A DNA stretch of 64,000 nt from Alphaproteobacteria bacterium. GTDB taxonomy: Bacteria; Pseudomonadota; Alphaproteobacteria; GCA-2731375. The position numbers and the translations under genes are program-made. The DNA is taken from NCBI GenBank assembly GCA_040223615.1, contig JAVKFY010000053.1, positions 395 to 64,394 on the forward strand. Reading direction: 5' to 3'. How positions within the stretch are numbered: the stretch's first letter is position 1; the number at the start of each line of letters is the position of its first letter. Positions 29,417-38,886 of the stretch are shown one piece after another. The notes beneath the pieces were generated by a model. It was given only the letters and a program-made list of their open reading frames with translations. It was not told the DNA's origin and searched no databases.

Positions 29417-29451
29417 GGCGCAGCCTTAGCACGATTCGCCGCCGAGGTGGG

Positions 29452-31386
29452 CTACCCCGCGGCACGCACCTGCTGGTCGGCCAGGGCCGACTTGCCGGTA
29501 TCGTGCACCTGGCGCAGGAAGCCGTCGAACATCAGCAGGTTCCACAGGCCGGTGGCGTGGTCCCAGCGGCCGGACTGGTGCTCGTCGACCAGCCGCGCCA
29601 CGGCGGCCGGTTCGAAGATGCCGCTGTCGGCCAGTGCCGGACTGGCGGCGACGGCGCGGATGCGGTCGGCCAGCGGACCGCGGAACCAGTCAGCCAGCGG
29701 GATCGAGAAACCCATCTTCGGCCGGTACAGGATGTCGGCCTCGATGTGCGGCTCCATCGCCTTCTTCAGCAGGTACTTGCCCTCGCGGCCGCGCAGCTTC
29801 ATGTCGGCCGGCAGGGTCGCCGCCCACTCGACGAACTCGTGGTCCAGCAGCGGCGCCCGGGTCTCCAGCGAGGCCGCCATCGAGGCGCGGTCGACCTTGA
29901 CCATCATCCGCCCCGGCAGCCAAGTCTTCAGGTCGGCATACTGCGCCTGCAGCAGCGGCACGTCGGTGTCCGCCTCCTCCATCGCCCCGCGCAGCACCTC
30001 GCAGGCGTGATAGCCGGCCAGCTCGCGCTTGAAGCCGGACGAATAGATCTGGTCGCGATGCGCGTCGGTCATCGCCGAGACCGAGACGAAGAAACCACCG
30101 ACCGCGTCCAGCGCCAGTTCCTGCAACGTGGTCTTGGCGCGCAGCGGCCGCGGCGCCCAGTCGAGTTTCGGGTAGAGCCGCCCCAGCGCGCCGAAGACTG
30201 GCCCGCGCAAGGCCGCCGGCAGCAGGTGACGTACCCGCTCTTCGTTCACGTGCCAGGGATAGCGTCGGTAGCCGGCCAGCACCTCGTCGCCGCCGTCGCC
30301 GCTGAGCGCCACGGTGACGTTCTCGCGTGCCACTGCGCTGACCCGGTAGGTCGGCATCGCCGAGCTGTCGCCGAACGGCTCGTCGTAGATCGACGCCAGC
30401 CGGTCGATCAGATCGAACTCCTCGGCCGCGACGATTCGGGTGAAGTGGTTGGTGTGATAGCGCGCGGCGTGGCGCGCGGCATATTCGCTTTCGTCGAACT
30501 TCGGGTTGTCGAAGCCGATCGAGAAGGTGTTCACCGGGTCGGTCGACTGCTGCGCCATCAGTGCCACCACGGCCGAGGAGTCGACGCCGCCGGACAGGAA
30601 CGCGCCGATCGGCACGTCGGAGACGCGGCGGATGTCGACCGCGACGCGCAACCGCTCCGCCAGCTCGGCCGCCGCTTCGGCCTCGCCGCGCGCCCGCGGG
30701 TCGAAGCGCACCGACCAGTAGGTTACCGGTGCCGGCACCGGCCGCCCGCTGGTCACCGTCAGGGTCGTCGCCGGCGGCAGCTTGGCGACGTCGCGATAGA
30801 TCGAGCGCGGGTCCGGCACGTAGCCGTAGGCCATGTAGTCCTCGACCGCTCGCGGGTCGATGCGGCGCGGCAGATCAGGCAGCACCAGCAGCGCCTTCAG
30901 CTCCGAGGCGAAGGCGAGCCGGCCATCGGGCAACTCGGTGTAGTAGAGCGGCTTCTTGCCGAGCCGGTCGCGGGCCAGGAACAGGCATTGCTTGTTGGCG
31001 TCGTGCAGCGCGATGGCGAACATGCCGCGCAGCCGCTCGACGAAGTCCGCTCCCCATTCCTCCCAGGCATGCACCATCACCTCGGTGTCGGAGACGGTGC
31101 GGAAGGTGTGGCCCAGCGCCTGCAGCTCGGCCATCAGCTCGCGGTAATTGTAGATCTCGCCGTTCTGGATGACCGCGACGCTGCGGTCTTCGTTATAGAT
31201 CGGCTGGTCGCCGGTGGTCAGGTCGATGATCGCCAGCCGGCGATGACCCAGGCACACGCCCGGCGCGGTGTGAAAGCCGTCGCCGTCCGGGCCGCGATGC
31301 GCGATCGCGTCCGTCATCACGGCGACGGCGCGCGGATCGATCGGCCGCAAGCCTTTCGTGTCGAACTGTCCGGCCAGCCCGCACAT
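29452..31386 (-). CDS. asnB: Asparagine synthase (glutamine-hydrolysing), exosortase-A-system-associated amidotransferase type
   Basis: MCGLAGQF... (N-terminal nucleophile Cys2) and ...SGGVDSSAVVALMAQ (PP-loop). Length 644 aa. It is directly upstream of XrtA on the same strand. Confidence 0.85.
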   Translation of the reverse strand: MCGLAGQFDTKGLRPIDPRAVAVMTDAIAHRGPDGDGFHTAPGVCLGHRRLAIIDLTTGDQPIYNEDRSVAVIQNGEIYNYRELMAELQALGHTFRTVSDTEVMVHAWEEWGADFVERLRGMFAIALHDANKQCLFLARDRLGKKPLYYTELPDGRLAFASELKALLVLPDLPRRIDPRAVEDYMAYGYVPDPRSIYRDVAKLPPATTLTVTSGRPVPAPVTYWSVRFDPRARGEAEAAAELAERLRVAVDIRRVSDVPIGAFLSGGVDSSAVVALMAQQSTDPVNTFSIGFDNPKFDESEYAARHAARYHTNHFTRIVAAEEFDLIDRLASIYDEPFGDSSAMPTYRVSAVARENVTVALSGDGGDEVLAGYRRYPWHVNEERVRHLLPAALRGPVFGALGRLYPKLDWAPRPLRAKTTLQELALDAVGGFFVSVSAMTDAHRDQIYSSGFKRELAGYHACEVLRGAMEEADTDVPLLQAQYADLKTWLPGRMMVKVDRASMAASLETRAPLLDHEFVEWAATLPADMKLRGREGKYLLKKAMEPHIEADILYRPKMGFSIPLADWFRGPLADRIRAVAASPALADSGIFEPAAVARLVDEHQSGRWDHATGLWNLLMFDGFLRQVHDTGKSALADQQVRAAG

Positions 31387-31389
31387 GGC

Positions 31390-32946
31390 CTAGGGCGCCT
31401 TCGCCCGTGCCGCCGCCAGCGTCGGCGCCAGCGGACCGAGCTTGTCGACAAAGGCGCGTAGCGTCGCCAGCGCCGCTTCCGGATCGTTCCCGGCCTCAGT
31501 GGCGACCGCGATCTGCGCCGCCGCCACCTGCCCGGTGAGCAGGCGGGCGCTGACCTGCGCCAGCTTGGCGCGCAGCCGGCTGGCGGTGAAATGTCCGTCG
31601 ACCCAGTAGAACGGCAGCACGACCAGGCTGCCACCAGCGTATTGAAGCCGTTCGCCGCGCACCTGCAACACCGTGCCGTCCGGCGCCAGCGTGCCGTTCA
31701 GGCTGGCGACCCGTTTCCAGGTCTCGTCGTCGTACAGCCGGTTGTTGTGCGAGATCAGCTCGGCCCCCTCACGCTCGTAGGCATAGTAGGCGATCTCGAG
31801 TTGAACCAGCTTGCCATCGGCCTCGTAGGACTGTGACAACATCGCGTCGGGATGGCGGTGCACGATGTGCCAGCCGCCCAGGTCGCGCGTCGTGGGCCGC
31901 CATGGTGCCGCGACGGGCGGGGCCTGCAACGCGACCGCCGTGGTGGCAGGTTGGCCGACGATATAGGTGGCATAAGCCGGCCCGGACACGACCAGCAGCG
32001 CCGCGATCGCGCCCGTCAGCACCATCGCGAACGGCGTGCCGGCGATCGGCGCCGGACCCGCCGGCGCGGCGCGTTCGGTTTTCTCCGCCTCGATGTCCTC
32101 GCGGAAGCCGAAGCCGATCCACGTCAGCAGGGCCAGAACGAAGGCAAAGAAGAACCAGCCGTAGACCAGGTGGTCGGCGGCAATCGCCATCTGGTTATCG
32201 GTGACGTGCGAGAGGTAGATGATACCGAGCGCGCGGAAACCGTTGGCGATCAGCGGCACGACGAAGGACAGCGCCACGAAGACCAGCCGGCGTTGCCATG
32301 ACCGGTAGACCATGTAGGCGAACAGCAGGCCGTAGGCGATCGACGCGATCAGGAAGCGCAGGCCCGCGCAGGCTTCCGCGACCCTGAAGTTACCGTTCGG
32401 AATGGTGATGAAGATGCCGTCGTGCAGCGTCGGAATGCCGAGCAGGCGCAGGGCGCCGACCGAGAAGTCGGCGGTGAAATCCTGTAGCACCGGCACCAGC
32501 CACTCGCCGGACGGCACCAACAGGAACAGGTACAGGAACGGGAACCAGGCGACCCGGTAGACCGACCAGCCGAGCACCGCCAGCAGCACCACCTGAGCCA
32601 TGGCGACGATCGCGAGCTGCTCCAGTTCCAACACGCCGGCCACGTCGCCGATCAGGCGCACCACCAGCAGCGGCAGCAGCAGGACCAGCACCCACGGCAT
32701 CGGCTTCGGCGCCACGCGCGCCAACGCCGCGCGGTTGTCCCACAGCAGGTAGAGCGAGACCGGCAGGATCAGATAGCAGTGGGTGAAGGTCTCCGAGCGG
32801 TTCCACACCCGGATCGCACCGGACACCGCGTCGAAGAACAGCCAGCCCATCAACGCGAACACCGCCAGCACCGTCGCCGTCGCCAGCATCCAGGCGCGAC
32901 GGTCGACCGCCGGCGTTGTGTCCTTCTCGAACGTCATTGCGACCAC
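31390..32946 (-). CDS. xrtA: Exosortase A (XrtA/EpsH) fused to a C-terminal EpsI-family domain
   Basis: The polytopic N-terminal ~290 aa carry the exosortase motifs ...FRVAEACAGLRFL... (Cys) and ...IANGFRALGIIYL... (N-G-x-R). The C-terminal ~220 aa are soluble and EpsI-like. Confidence 0.75.
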   Translation of the reverse strand: MVAMTFEKDTTPAVDRRAWMLATATVLAVFALMGWLFFDAVSGAIRVWNRSETFTHCYLILPVSLYLLWDNRAALARVAPKPMPWVLVLLLPLLVVRLIGDVAGVLELEQLAIVAMAQVVLLAVLGWSVYRVAWFPFLYLFLLVPSGEWLVPVLQDFTADFSVGALRLLGIPTLHDGIFITIPNGNFRVAEACAGLRFLIASIAYGLLFAYMVYRSWQRRLVFVALSFVVPLIANGFRALGIIYLSHVTDNQMAIAADHLVYGWFFFAFVLALLTWIGFGFREDIEAEKTERAAPAGPAPIAGTPFAMVLTGAIAALLVVSGPAYATYIVGQPATTAVALQAPPVAAPWRPTTRDLGGWHIVHRHPDAMLSQSYEADGKLVQLEIAYYAYEREGAELISHNNRLYDDETWKRVASLNGTLAPDGTVLQVRGERLQYAGGSLVVLPFYWVDGHFTASRLRAKLAQVSARLLTGQVAAAQIAVATEAGNDPEAALATLRAFVDKLGPLAPTLAAARAKAP

Positions 32947-33096
32947 GAAGCGCCTCTCGACCAGCCGGGCTGTGCCAAAGTCGTCGCGATGGTCAGGGGC
33001 GGGCCGAAACGGCGCAACCCGGCCATCGATAACGATTGCGTGGTCGACATATGAGCAAGAAGCATGCCGCCCGAGCCCATGGCGATGCCGGCCCGG

Positions 33097-34152
33097 CTAC
33101 CCAAGGCTTCGCACCAGGTGCGGCCCGACCGCGTTCGCCACCGCCACCGGCAGGCGTTGCCAGGCGGCGATGAACAGGCGGTATTTCGGGTTGTTCGGGT
33201 TGTTGTCCGGTACTTCCCGACCTGGCCGCAGGTTGAACTCATAGCGCAACGGACGCGGCGCGAACCCCCAGTTGACCTTGAAGTCGAACGAGCCGGTGCC
33301 GCGCTTGGACCGGCCGAAGTCGAACCGGGAAAGCCCGCGCTCGGCGGCACGGCCGATCAGCCGCCAGTACATGTAGCTCTGTGCCCCGGTCTCGCGTGCG
33401 GCCGCCATGCCGCCGGCATAGTAGGGCGCGATGGTGTCGCGATGGACGAAACTCATCACCGTCGCCAGTGGCGCGCCGGCGCCGTCCAGCACCGTCAGGA
33501 GCTCGCAGTCGTCGCCGAAGGTCGCCTTCAGGTCCCGGAAATAGCCGCGCGGAAAGGCCGGCGTGCCATGGTCGCGCAGGCTGGTCGAATAGACGTGGAA
33601 GTGACGGTCGAGGTCGTCGTCCAGTATCGCGCCGAGCTTCAGGTCTTTCACTGCCCGGCGGATCACCTGGCGCTGCGCTTCCGGCACGGCCAGAAGGTTC
33701 GCCGCCGGCGAAGCCGATATGTCCTTGGCGAAGGTGACATACAGGTCGTCCTTCACCGCCCAGTCCGGCCGCTGCCGCTCGATCTCGCGGAACTCCACGA
33801 AGTCGGCGCCGAGCCGGTCGCGCAATGCCAGCGCGTGGTCGTCGAGCGCGCGCCGCGCCGGCTCGTCATCGGCCACAGGCCCACCGTAGACGCAAAATGG
33901 CGTTGAGATCAGCCCATTGGCGTTGAACAGCCGGCTCTTCACGTGCGCCAGCGGCAGCACGCCGCAGACCCGCCCGTCGCGCTCGGCATAGGCGTAGTGG
34001 GTCGCCAGCCCGAAGCTGCGCTCGATCAGCCCGGCCCAACCGGCGCGGTGGCAGAAGCTGGCCTGCGGATGCTGGACGACGTAGTCGTCCCAGGCGGCCC
34101 GCGCATGCGCGTCAAGCGCCTTGACCACGACCGGCGCCATCGGTCCGGACAT
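33097..34152 (-). CDS. FemAB-family / CelD-like acyltransferase, PEP-CTERM-system-associated type
   Basis: 351 aa. ...SFCHRAGWAGLIE... and the C-terminal ...MYWRLIGRAAERGLSRFDFGRS... match the Acetyltransf_6/FemAB-like fold found in XrtA loci. Confidence 0.65.
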   Translation of the reverse strand: MSGPMAPVVVKALDAHARAAWDDYVVQHPQASFCHRAGWAGLIERSFGLATHYAYAERDGRVCGVLPLAHVKSRLFNANGLISTPFCVYGGPVADDEPARRALDDHALALRDRLGADFVEFREIERQRPDWAVKDDLYVTFAKDISASPAANLLAVPEAQRQVIRRAVKDLKLGAILDDDLDRHFHVYSTSLRDHGTPAFPRGYFRDLKATFGDDCELLTVLDGAGAPLATVMSFVHRDTIAPYYAGGMAAARETGAQSYMYWRLIGRAAERGLSRFDFGRSKRGTGSFDFKVNWGFAPRPLRYEFNLRPGREVPDNNPNNPKYRLFIAAWQRLPVAVANAVGPHLVRSLG

Positions 34153-34165
34153 CAGCGGCGCGCCG

Positions 34166-34996
34166 TCACTTGCCGTCGATGGCGGCGGCGAAGGCCTGGT
34201 CCATGCGGCCCCAGCGGAAGTCGCGCAGCAGGCGCGTCAGGCGCGGCTGCATCCGCGCCAGGCCGACATAATGGCGAAAGCGGCTCTTGGCGCTGATGCC
34301 GCGCTGCCGCGGCTGGTCGGGGTCGACTTCCCAGGGGTGCATGTAGAACACGCCCGGCTGGCCGTCGACCCGGTTCACCCGGGACAGCAGCGCGCGCGAC
34401 AGCGCATAGGGGAACAAACGGAAATAGCCGCCGCCGCTGCACTGTACGTTGCGTCCGCGCAGGCGCACCGTGGTCATCGGGATCTCGACCAGGCTGTTGC
34501 CGGGCCGCGGCCGATAGGCGAAGCGCGGCGCGTCGGGAATGCCGTAGAAGTCGTGCTTCACCGGATAGATCGACGAGCTGTAGGCGTGGCCTTCCTCGGC
34601 CAGCACGTCGAACGCCCACAGGTTGTGACTGTTGATCGAGAAGGTCGCCGCGCGGTAGCCGCGAACCGGCGCGCCGCCGGTGTCCTCCAGCAGCTTGCGG
34701 GCCTGCCGGATGTCGGCGCGGAACGCGTCCGGCGACTGCGTGTCGACGCGAACGTGCGCCATGCCATGGCTGGCCAGCTCGTGGCCCTCGTCGACGATCC
34801 GCCGGACCAGAGCGGGATAGCGCTCCGCGACCCAGCCCAGGGTGAAGAAGGTCGCCTTCACGCCGGCCTCGTCGAACATGCCGAGCAGCAGGTCGACGTT
34901 GCGCTCGACCCGGCACGGCAGGCTGTCCCAATCGGCCCGGTCGATATTCTGCGAGAAGGCGTGGACCTGAAAATAGTCCTCCACATCGACCGACAT
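34166..34996 (-). CDS. Polysaccharide deacetylase (NodB/CE4), PEP-CTERM-locus subfamily
   Basis: MSVDVEDYFQVHAF... is the CE4 motif-1 (TxDDx-like). HGMAHV follows. The alternative ATG at 35128 would overlap the upstream gene by 35 nt. Confidence 0.8.
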   Translation of the reverse strand: MSVDVEDYFQVHAFSQNIDRADWDSLPCRVERNVDLLLGMFDEAGVKATFFTLGWVAERYPALVRRIVDEGHELASHGMAHVRVDTQSPDAFRADIRQARKLLEDTGGAPVRGYRAATFSINSHNLWAFDVLAEEGHAYSSSIYPVKHDFYGIPDAPRFAYRPRPGNSLVEIPMTTVRLRGRNVQCSGGGYFRLFPYALSRALLSRVNRVDGQPGVFYMHPWEVDPDQPRQRGISAKSRFRHYVGLARMQPRLTRLLRDFRWGRMDQAFAAAIDGK

Positions 34997-35093
34997 CGCG
35001 TTCAGCAGCCGGCCGGCGCCGTCGACACGCGCCGGCGCGCCCGGCGCAGGAGCCGCCCTCGACTCCGCCGGCGCGGTGCGCAGCGTGGCGAGA

Positions 35094-36230
35094 TCAGCGG
35101 ACGTCGGAGTCGTGCTCGTGCTCGTCATCACGGCGTCCTTGTAGGTACTGCACGGCGATGCCGAGCGCCTTCTTGATGATGCGCTCGTGCAGGCCGACAT
35201 AGTCTTCCAGCACGTCGATCCGGCGCAGCACGTCGTCGATCTCGGCGCGGTCGACGCCGCTGCCGCCTGCGCCGCCATTGGCCGCCGCGCCGGACGGCCC
35301 ATTGGCCGGCCCGTTGGTCGGCACCTTGACCGTGATCGGGCCCATCTGCGCTTCACCCGGCCGTGGCCCGCTGGCCACCGTTTCGACCAGGTCATCGACG
35401 CTGTCGTCGAGGATCTGCCGGGTCTCGTGCTCATGCTCCTCGGCGACCTGATGCACGATGGCGCCGTCGATCCGGTGGATCTCTTCCAGGAAGCCGTATA
35501 GCAGCAGGCGCGAGCACAGCGTGTTGATGATGCGCGGCACGCCGCCGGTATGCTCGTAGATCGCGGTGAAGGCGTCGTCGGTGAAACTCGGGTCGTTCTG
35601 CCAGTCGGCGAGCTTCAGCCGGTGCTCGATATAGTCGCGCGTCTCGCGCTCGTTAAGCGGGCCGAGGTGATATGAGGCAATCACCCGCTGGCGCAACTGG
35701 TCCAGATCCTTCGACGCGAGCAGCGCGCGGAACTGCGGCTGGCCGAGCAAGAAGCACTGCAGCGGCGTGCGGCCCTCGATCTGGAAGTTGGACAGCATCC
35801 GCAGCTCTTCCAGCGTCGGGATCGACAGGTTCTGCGCCTCGTCGACCACCAGCAGCGCGTGCTTGCCCTCGTTGTGGTACGCAGTCAGCAGCGTCTCCAG
35901 CCGACGCAGCAGCGACGCCTTGTCGATACCCTCCGCCTCGATGCCGTAGGCCGAGCAGACCATGCGCAACATGTCGTCGGCGTTGAGCTGCGTGGTGACG
36001 ATCTTGGCGGCGACGATCTCGTCCGGGTCCAGCGTTGCCAGCAGGTGCCCGACCATCGTGGTCTTACCCGCGCCGACCTCGCCGGTGATGATGATGAAGC
36101 CTTCGCCCTGGCCGATGCCGTAGGTCAGGTGCGCCAGCGCGCGGCTGTGCACACTGCTGCCAAAGAAGAAGCGCGGATCAGGCGTCAGCTGGAACGGGAG
36201 CGTCGATAGCCTGTAAAAATCCGCATACAT
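35094..36230 (-). CDS. XrtA/EpsI-associated AAA ATPase (GspA/ExeA-like)
   Basis: P-loop ITGEVGAGKTTMV. Walker B is ...LLVVDEAQNL. Acidic C-terminal tail. Confidence 0.75.
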   Translation of the reverse strand: MYADFYRLSTLPFQLTPDPRFFFGSSVHSRALAHLTYGIGQGEGFIIITGEVGAGKTTMVGHLLATLDPDEIVAAKIVTTQLNADDMLRMVCSAYGIEAEGIDKASLLRRLETLLTAYHNEGKHALLVVDEAQNLSIPTLEELRMLSNFQIEGRTPLQCFLLGQPQFRALLASKDLDQLRQRVIASYHLGPLNERETRDYIEHRLKLADWQNDPSFTDDAFTAIYEHTGGVPRIINTLCSRLLLYGFLEEIHRIDGAIVHQVAEEHEHETRQILDDSVDDLVETVASGPRPGEAQMGPITVKVPTNGPANGPSGAAANGGAGGSGVDRAEIDDVLRRIDVLEDYVGLHERIIKKALGIAVQYLQGRRDDEHEHDSDVR

Positions 36231-36239
36231 TATGTTCTA

Positions 36240-37757
36240 CTAAAATGTCTTCCTTACAGTGACAACGACAGAATTCTCGGTCAGCTCGTTGTCGCCGGGC
36301 CCTTCGGTGGTTCGATTCAAGTGCCGAACCGTCAAGCCGGTATTCAACGTATCGCTCAGGCTGTAGTTGAGCGACGTGCTGATCTGGTACCGCCGACTGT
36401 CGGCGGCTGCATTGTCGGCCGTATCGGAGAAAGATCCGTTAACGGACAGGCTCAAATCCGGCCAAAGGCGCCGCGAGAAGCTCCCCGAAACGCCGACTGT
36501 CGACGTATCGCGCGGCGTCGCGCTGCCGTCGGTGTCGCGGCGGCTCAGGAACCACGACAAACTATACGTATTGCGCAGTCGCGAGCCAGACAACCCCATG
36601 CGGAAAATGCGCGAGCGAAAAACCACATCGGTGAAGCTCTGGTCGAAGGCCTCTTCGCCCGGCGTGATCGGCAGGCCGGTGCGGGTATCGATCAGGATGC
36701 CCGTGATCGGATCGGTGGCGACGAACTCGAACGGCTCGGATTCCAGTTCCTGTTGCGTCGTCACCGATTCGCTATAGCTGCCCCTGAGATTCAATGCTGA
36801 CGAGAACCGATAGCTGAACGATCCGTCGTAGCTGACCGATTGGAAGCGCCGGCCGACGCCGAAGCTCAACGTGGTACGCGGCCCCGGCCGCAGGTCGGCG
36901 CCGAAAAGGAAGAAGGCCCCATCGCGGTTGTCGCCGGTCAGCGAGACGTCGCTGAACCCATCGGCGCCGAACCGCACGTAGGGCGTCGCCCAGCGAGTGA
37001 CCGCGTAGCTGACCCGGCCCTGGACGTTGCTTCGCTTGAAGGTGTTGCCCGATGCGGCGTTGTTGCCGCCGCTGTCGCGCCGTGTGCGGGTATGCGAGCC
37101 GCTGAGCGACCAAGCGAACTTGCCGAACCTGTTGCCCGAAGAGATCGTCTCCGACACCCCAAAGGTCGTCGAATCGGATGTCGAGTCGGCCGCCGGGTCG
37201 TCATTCTCGTCCAAAACGTCATACATCGACCGCGAAGCGGTTAGTCGCGTCTGCGAGCGGGCCCAGCGGCCAAAGCCAAATTGCAGGGACGGACTCAGCC
37301 GGACGTTGAACACGTCCGACTGGTTGCTGCCGAGGTCTCGACCGGACCCGGATATCGCACCGTTTCGATTGAGGGTTGATCGGCGATAAGACGATGAAGC
37401 ATCGAGAAACAGGTGGTCCTCGAACAACTCCGCATTGGCTGCGCCGGTGATCTGCGGTGTGTAGCCGCCAAGACCGTCGGTTTCGGCGTAGTGCTCTGCG
37501 CTGACCGATGCGCTCAGATTCAATCTGAGCCGGCCCCCGGTGCCCCGCAGCTGGAAACCCGGCCGCGCGGTGAACACCAGATCCGATTCGGCCCCCGAAT
37601 TTACGCCGCGGACATTGTCGGTGTATTCGACGCTACCCGAGATCGACGGATCCAGGCGCCATGTCGCCGCGGTGCTAGCGCCGCATCCCAACACCGTCGC
37701 CGCCAGCGCCACAATCGCGCCAGATACGAGCCCTCGCCCCCAGAACATGCCTCGCAT
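36240..37757 (-). CDS. Outer-membrane beta-barrel protein, PEP-CTERM-system-associated type
   Basis: Signal peptide. Alternating hydrophobic beta-strand pattern rich in S/T/G/N/Y/F. Locally lower GC than neighbours, judged by eye. Confidence 0.6.
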   Translation of the reverse strand: MRGMFWGRGLVSGAIVALAATVLGCGASTAATWRLDPSISGSVEYTDNVRGVNSGAESDLVFTARPGFQLRGTGGRLRLNLSASVSAEHYAETDGLGGYTPQITGAANAELFEDHLFLDASSSYRRSTLNRNGAISGSGRDLGSNQSDVFNVRLSPSLQFGFGRWARSQTRLTASRSMYDVLDENDDPAADSTSDSTTFGVSETISSGNRFGKFAWSLSGSHTRTRRDSGGNNAASGNTFKRSNVQGRVSYAVTRWATPYVRFGADGFSDVSLTGDNRDGAFFLFGADLRPGPRTTLSFGVGRRFQSVSYDGSFSYRFSSALNLRGSYSESVTTQQELESEPFEFVATDPITGILIDTRTGLPITPGEEAFDQSFTDVVFRSRIFRMGLSGSRLRNTYSLSWFLSRRDTDGSATPRDTSTVGVSGSFSRRLWPDLSLSVNGSFSDTADNAAADSRRYQISTSLNYSLSDTLNTGLTVRHLNRTTEGPGDNELTENSVVVTVRKTF

Positions 37758-37800
37758 CGCCTATCGGTGGTTCCAAGCAGCAGTCTAGGACCAGCCGCTA

Positions 37801-38886
37801 CTAGTACCCGTAGGCATAGGAGCCGAACTGATCCCCCGCACTGTCCGATGTCGCCTTGTTTAACACAAGTGAGATGTTGGGGCACGCACTTAACATGGAA
37901 AGTGAGGTTTCCACGTTCTTCTGTGCGGTCTCCTCCGCCTCCACGACGAACACGATCTGGCCAACATGCATGGCCAGCACCGAGGCCTCAGACGCGGCGA
38001 GCACCGGCGGCGTGTCGATCACGATGATGCGGTCGGCGTAGCGCCGCGCCATCTCGGTTACCACGTGGTCCATCCGCTGGCTGGCGAACAGCTCGGTCGG
38101 GTTTGGCCGCGGCTGTCCGGCCGGCAGCAGCGTCAGGTTCGGCACGTTGGTACGCAGCAGCACGTCGGCCAGGTCGCGCTTCTGGTCGGCCAGGACGTCG
38201 AGCAGGCCCGGACGCGGCATCGGCACGCCGAGCACCGACATCGCCGAATGGCCGGCCTCGGCGCGGTGCATGTCGGCGTCGACCAGCAGAACGTTGAGGT
38301 CGCGCTCGCTGGCGATGCTCATCGCCAGGTTCACCGCGGTGAAGGTCTTGCCTTCGCGCGGTTGGCTGGAGGTGACCATGATCAGGTTGCCGTTGCGCAG
38401 CCGGTCGCTGCCCGTGGCCAGCGCCTTCAGCAACAGCGGCCGCTTGATGATCCGGTATTCCTCCAGGATGCGCGAACGCTCGCCGGCTGGCGTGACCATG
38501 CCGGCCAGCTGCATCTTGACCAGTTCCAGATCGACGTAGTTCTCCGCGTCCCGGTCTTCCGGTTCCGGCGAGCGCGCCACCGGGGCCGCCGGGCGCGGCG
38601 CCGGCTCGGCAGCGGCTTGCGGTGCCGGCTGCCGCGGCGCTGGGGCCGCCTTGGCTTCGGCCGGCTTCGGTGACGCCGGTGCGGCGGCCTCCGGCGCCGG
38701 CTTCGGCTGTACCGGAGCCGGTCGCGGCGCAGGCGGGTTGGCCGTGGCCGCCCCGTTCTGCGCGAACCGCTTGGCCGCTTTTTCGATCAGGCTGCCGCCT
38801 TCCGCGCGGTTCATGCGCTCGGCCGCTTTCTGAATCAGATCCGGAGTATCTTTGGTACTCATGGCTTCGACCGCATTGGTTGTCAT
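37801..38886 (-). CDS. Chain-length-determinant tyrosine autokinase (BY-kinase, exosortase-locus type)
   Basis: Walker A MVTSSQPREGKTFTAVNLA, Walker A' VLLVDADMH and Walker B IIVIDTPP. The N-terminal region is Ala/Pro-rich. The ATG at 38886 forms an ATGA overlap with the upstream stop. Confidence 0.75.
   Translation of the reverse strand: MTTNAVEAMSTKDTPDLIQKAAERMNRAEGGSLIEKAAKRFAQNGAATANPPAPRPAPVQPKPAPEAAAPASPKPAEAKAAPAPRQPAPQAAAEPAPRPAAPVARSPEPEDRDAENYVDLELVKMQLAGMVTPAGERSRILEEYRIIKRPLLLKALATGSDRLRNGNLIMVTSSQPREGKTFTAVNLAMSIASERDLNVLLVDADMHRAEAGHSAMSVLGVPMPRPGLLDVLADQKRDLADVLLRTNVPNLTLLPAGQPRPNPTELFASQRMDHVVTEMARRYADRIIVIDTPPVLAASEASVLAMHVGQIVFVVEAEETAQKNVETSLSMLSACPNISLVLNKATSDSAGDQFGSYAYGY

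Noticed and set aside
35094-35128. Start of the polysaccharide deacetylase at ATG 35128 (MTSTSTTPTS...).
   Set aside because: It would overlap the upstream ATPase gene by 35 nt and add an unconserved Thr/Ala-rich leader. The CE4-typical MSVDVEDYF start at 34996 is preferred.
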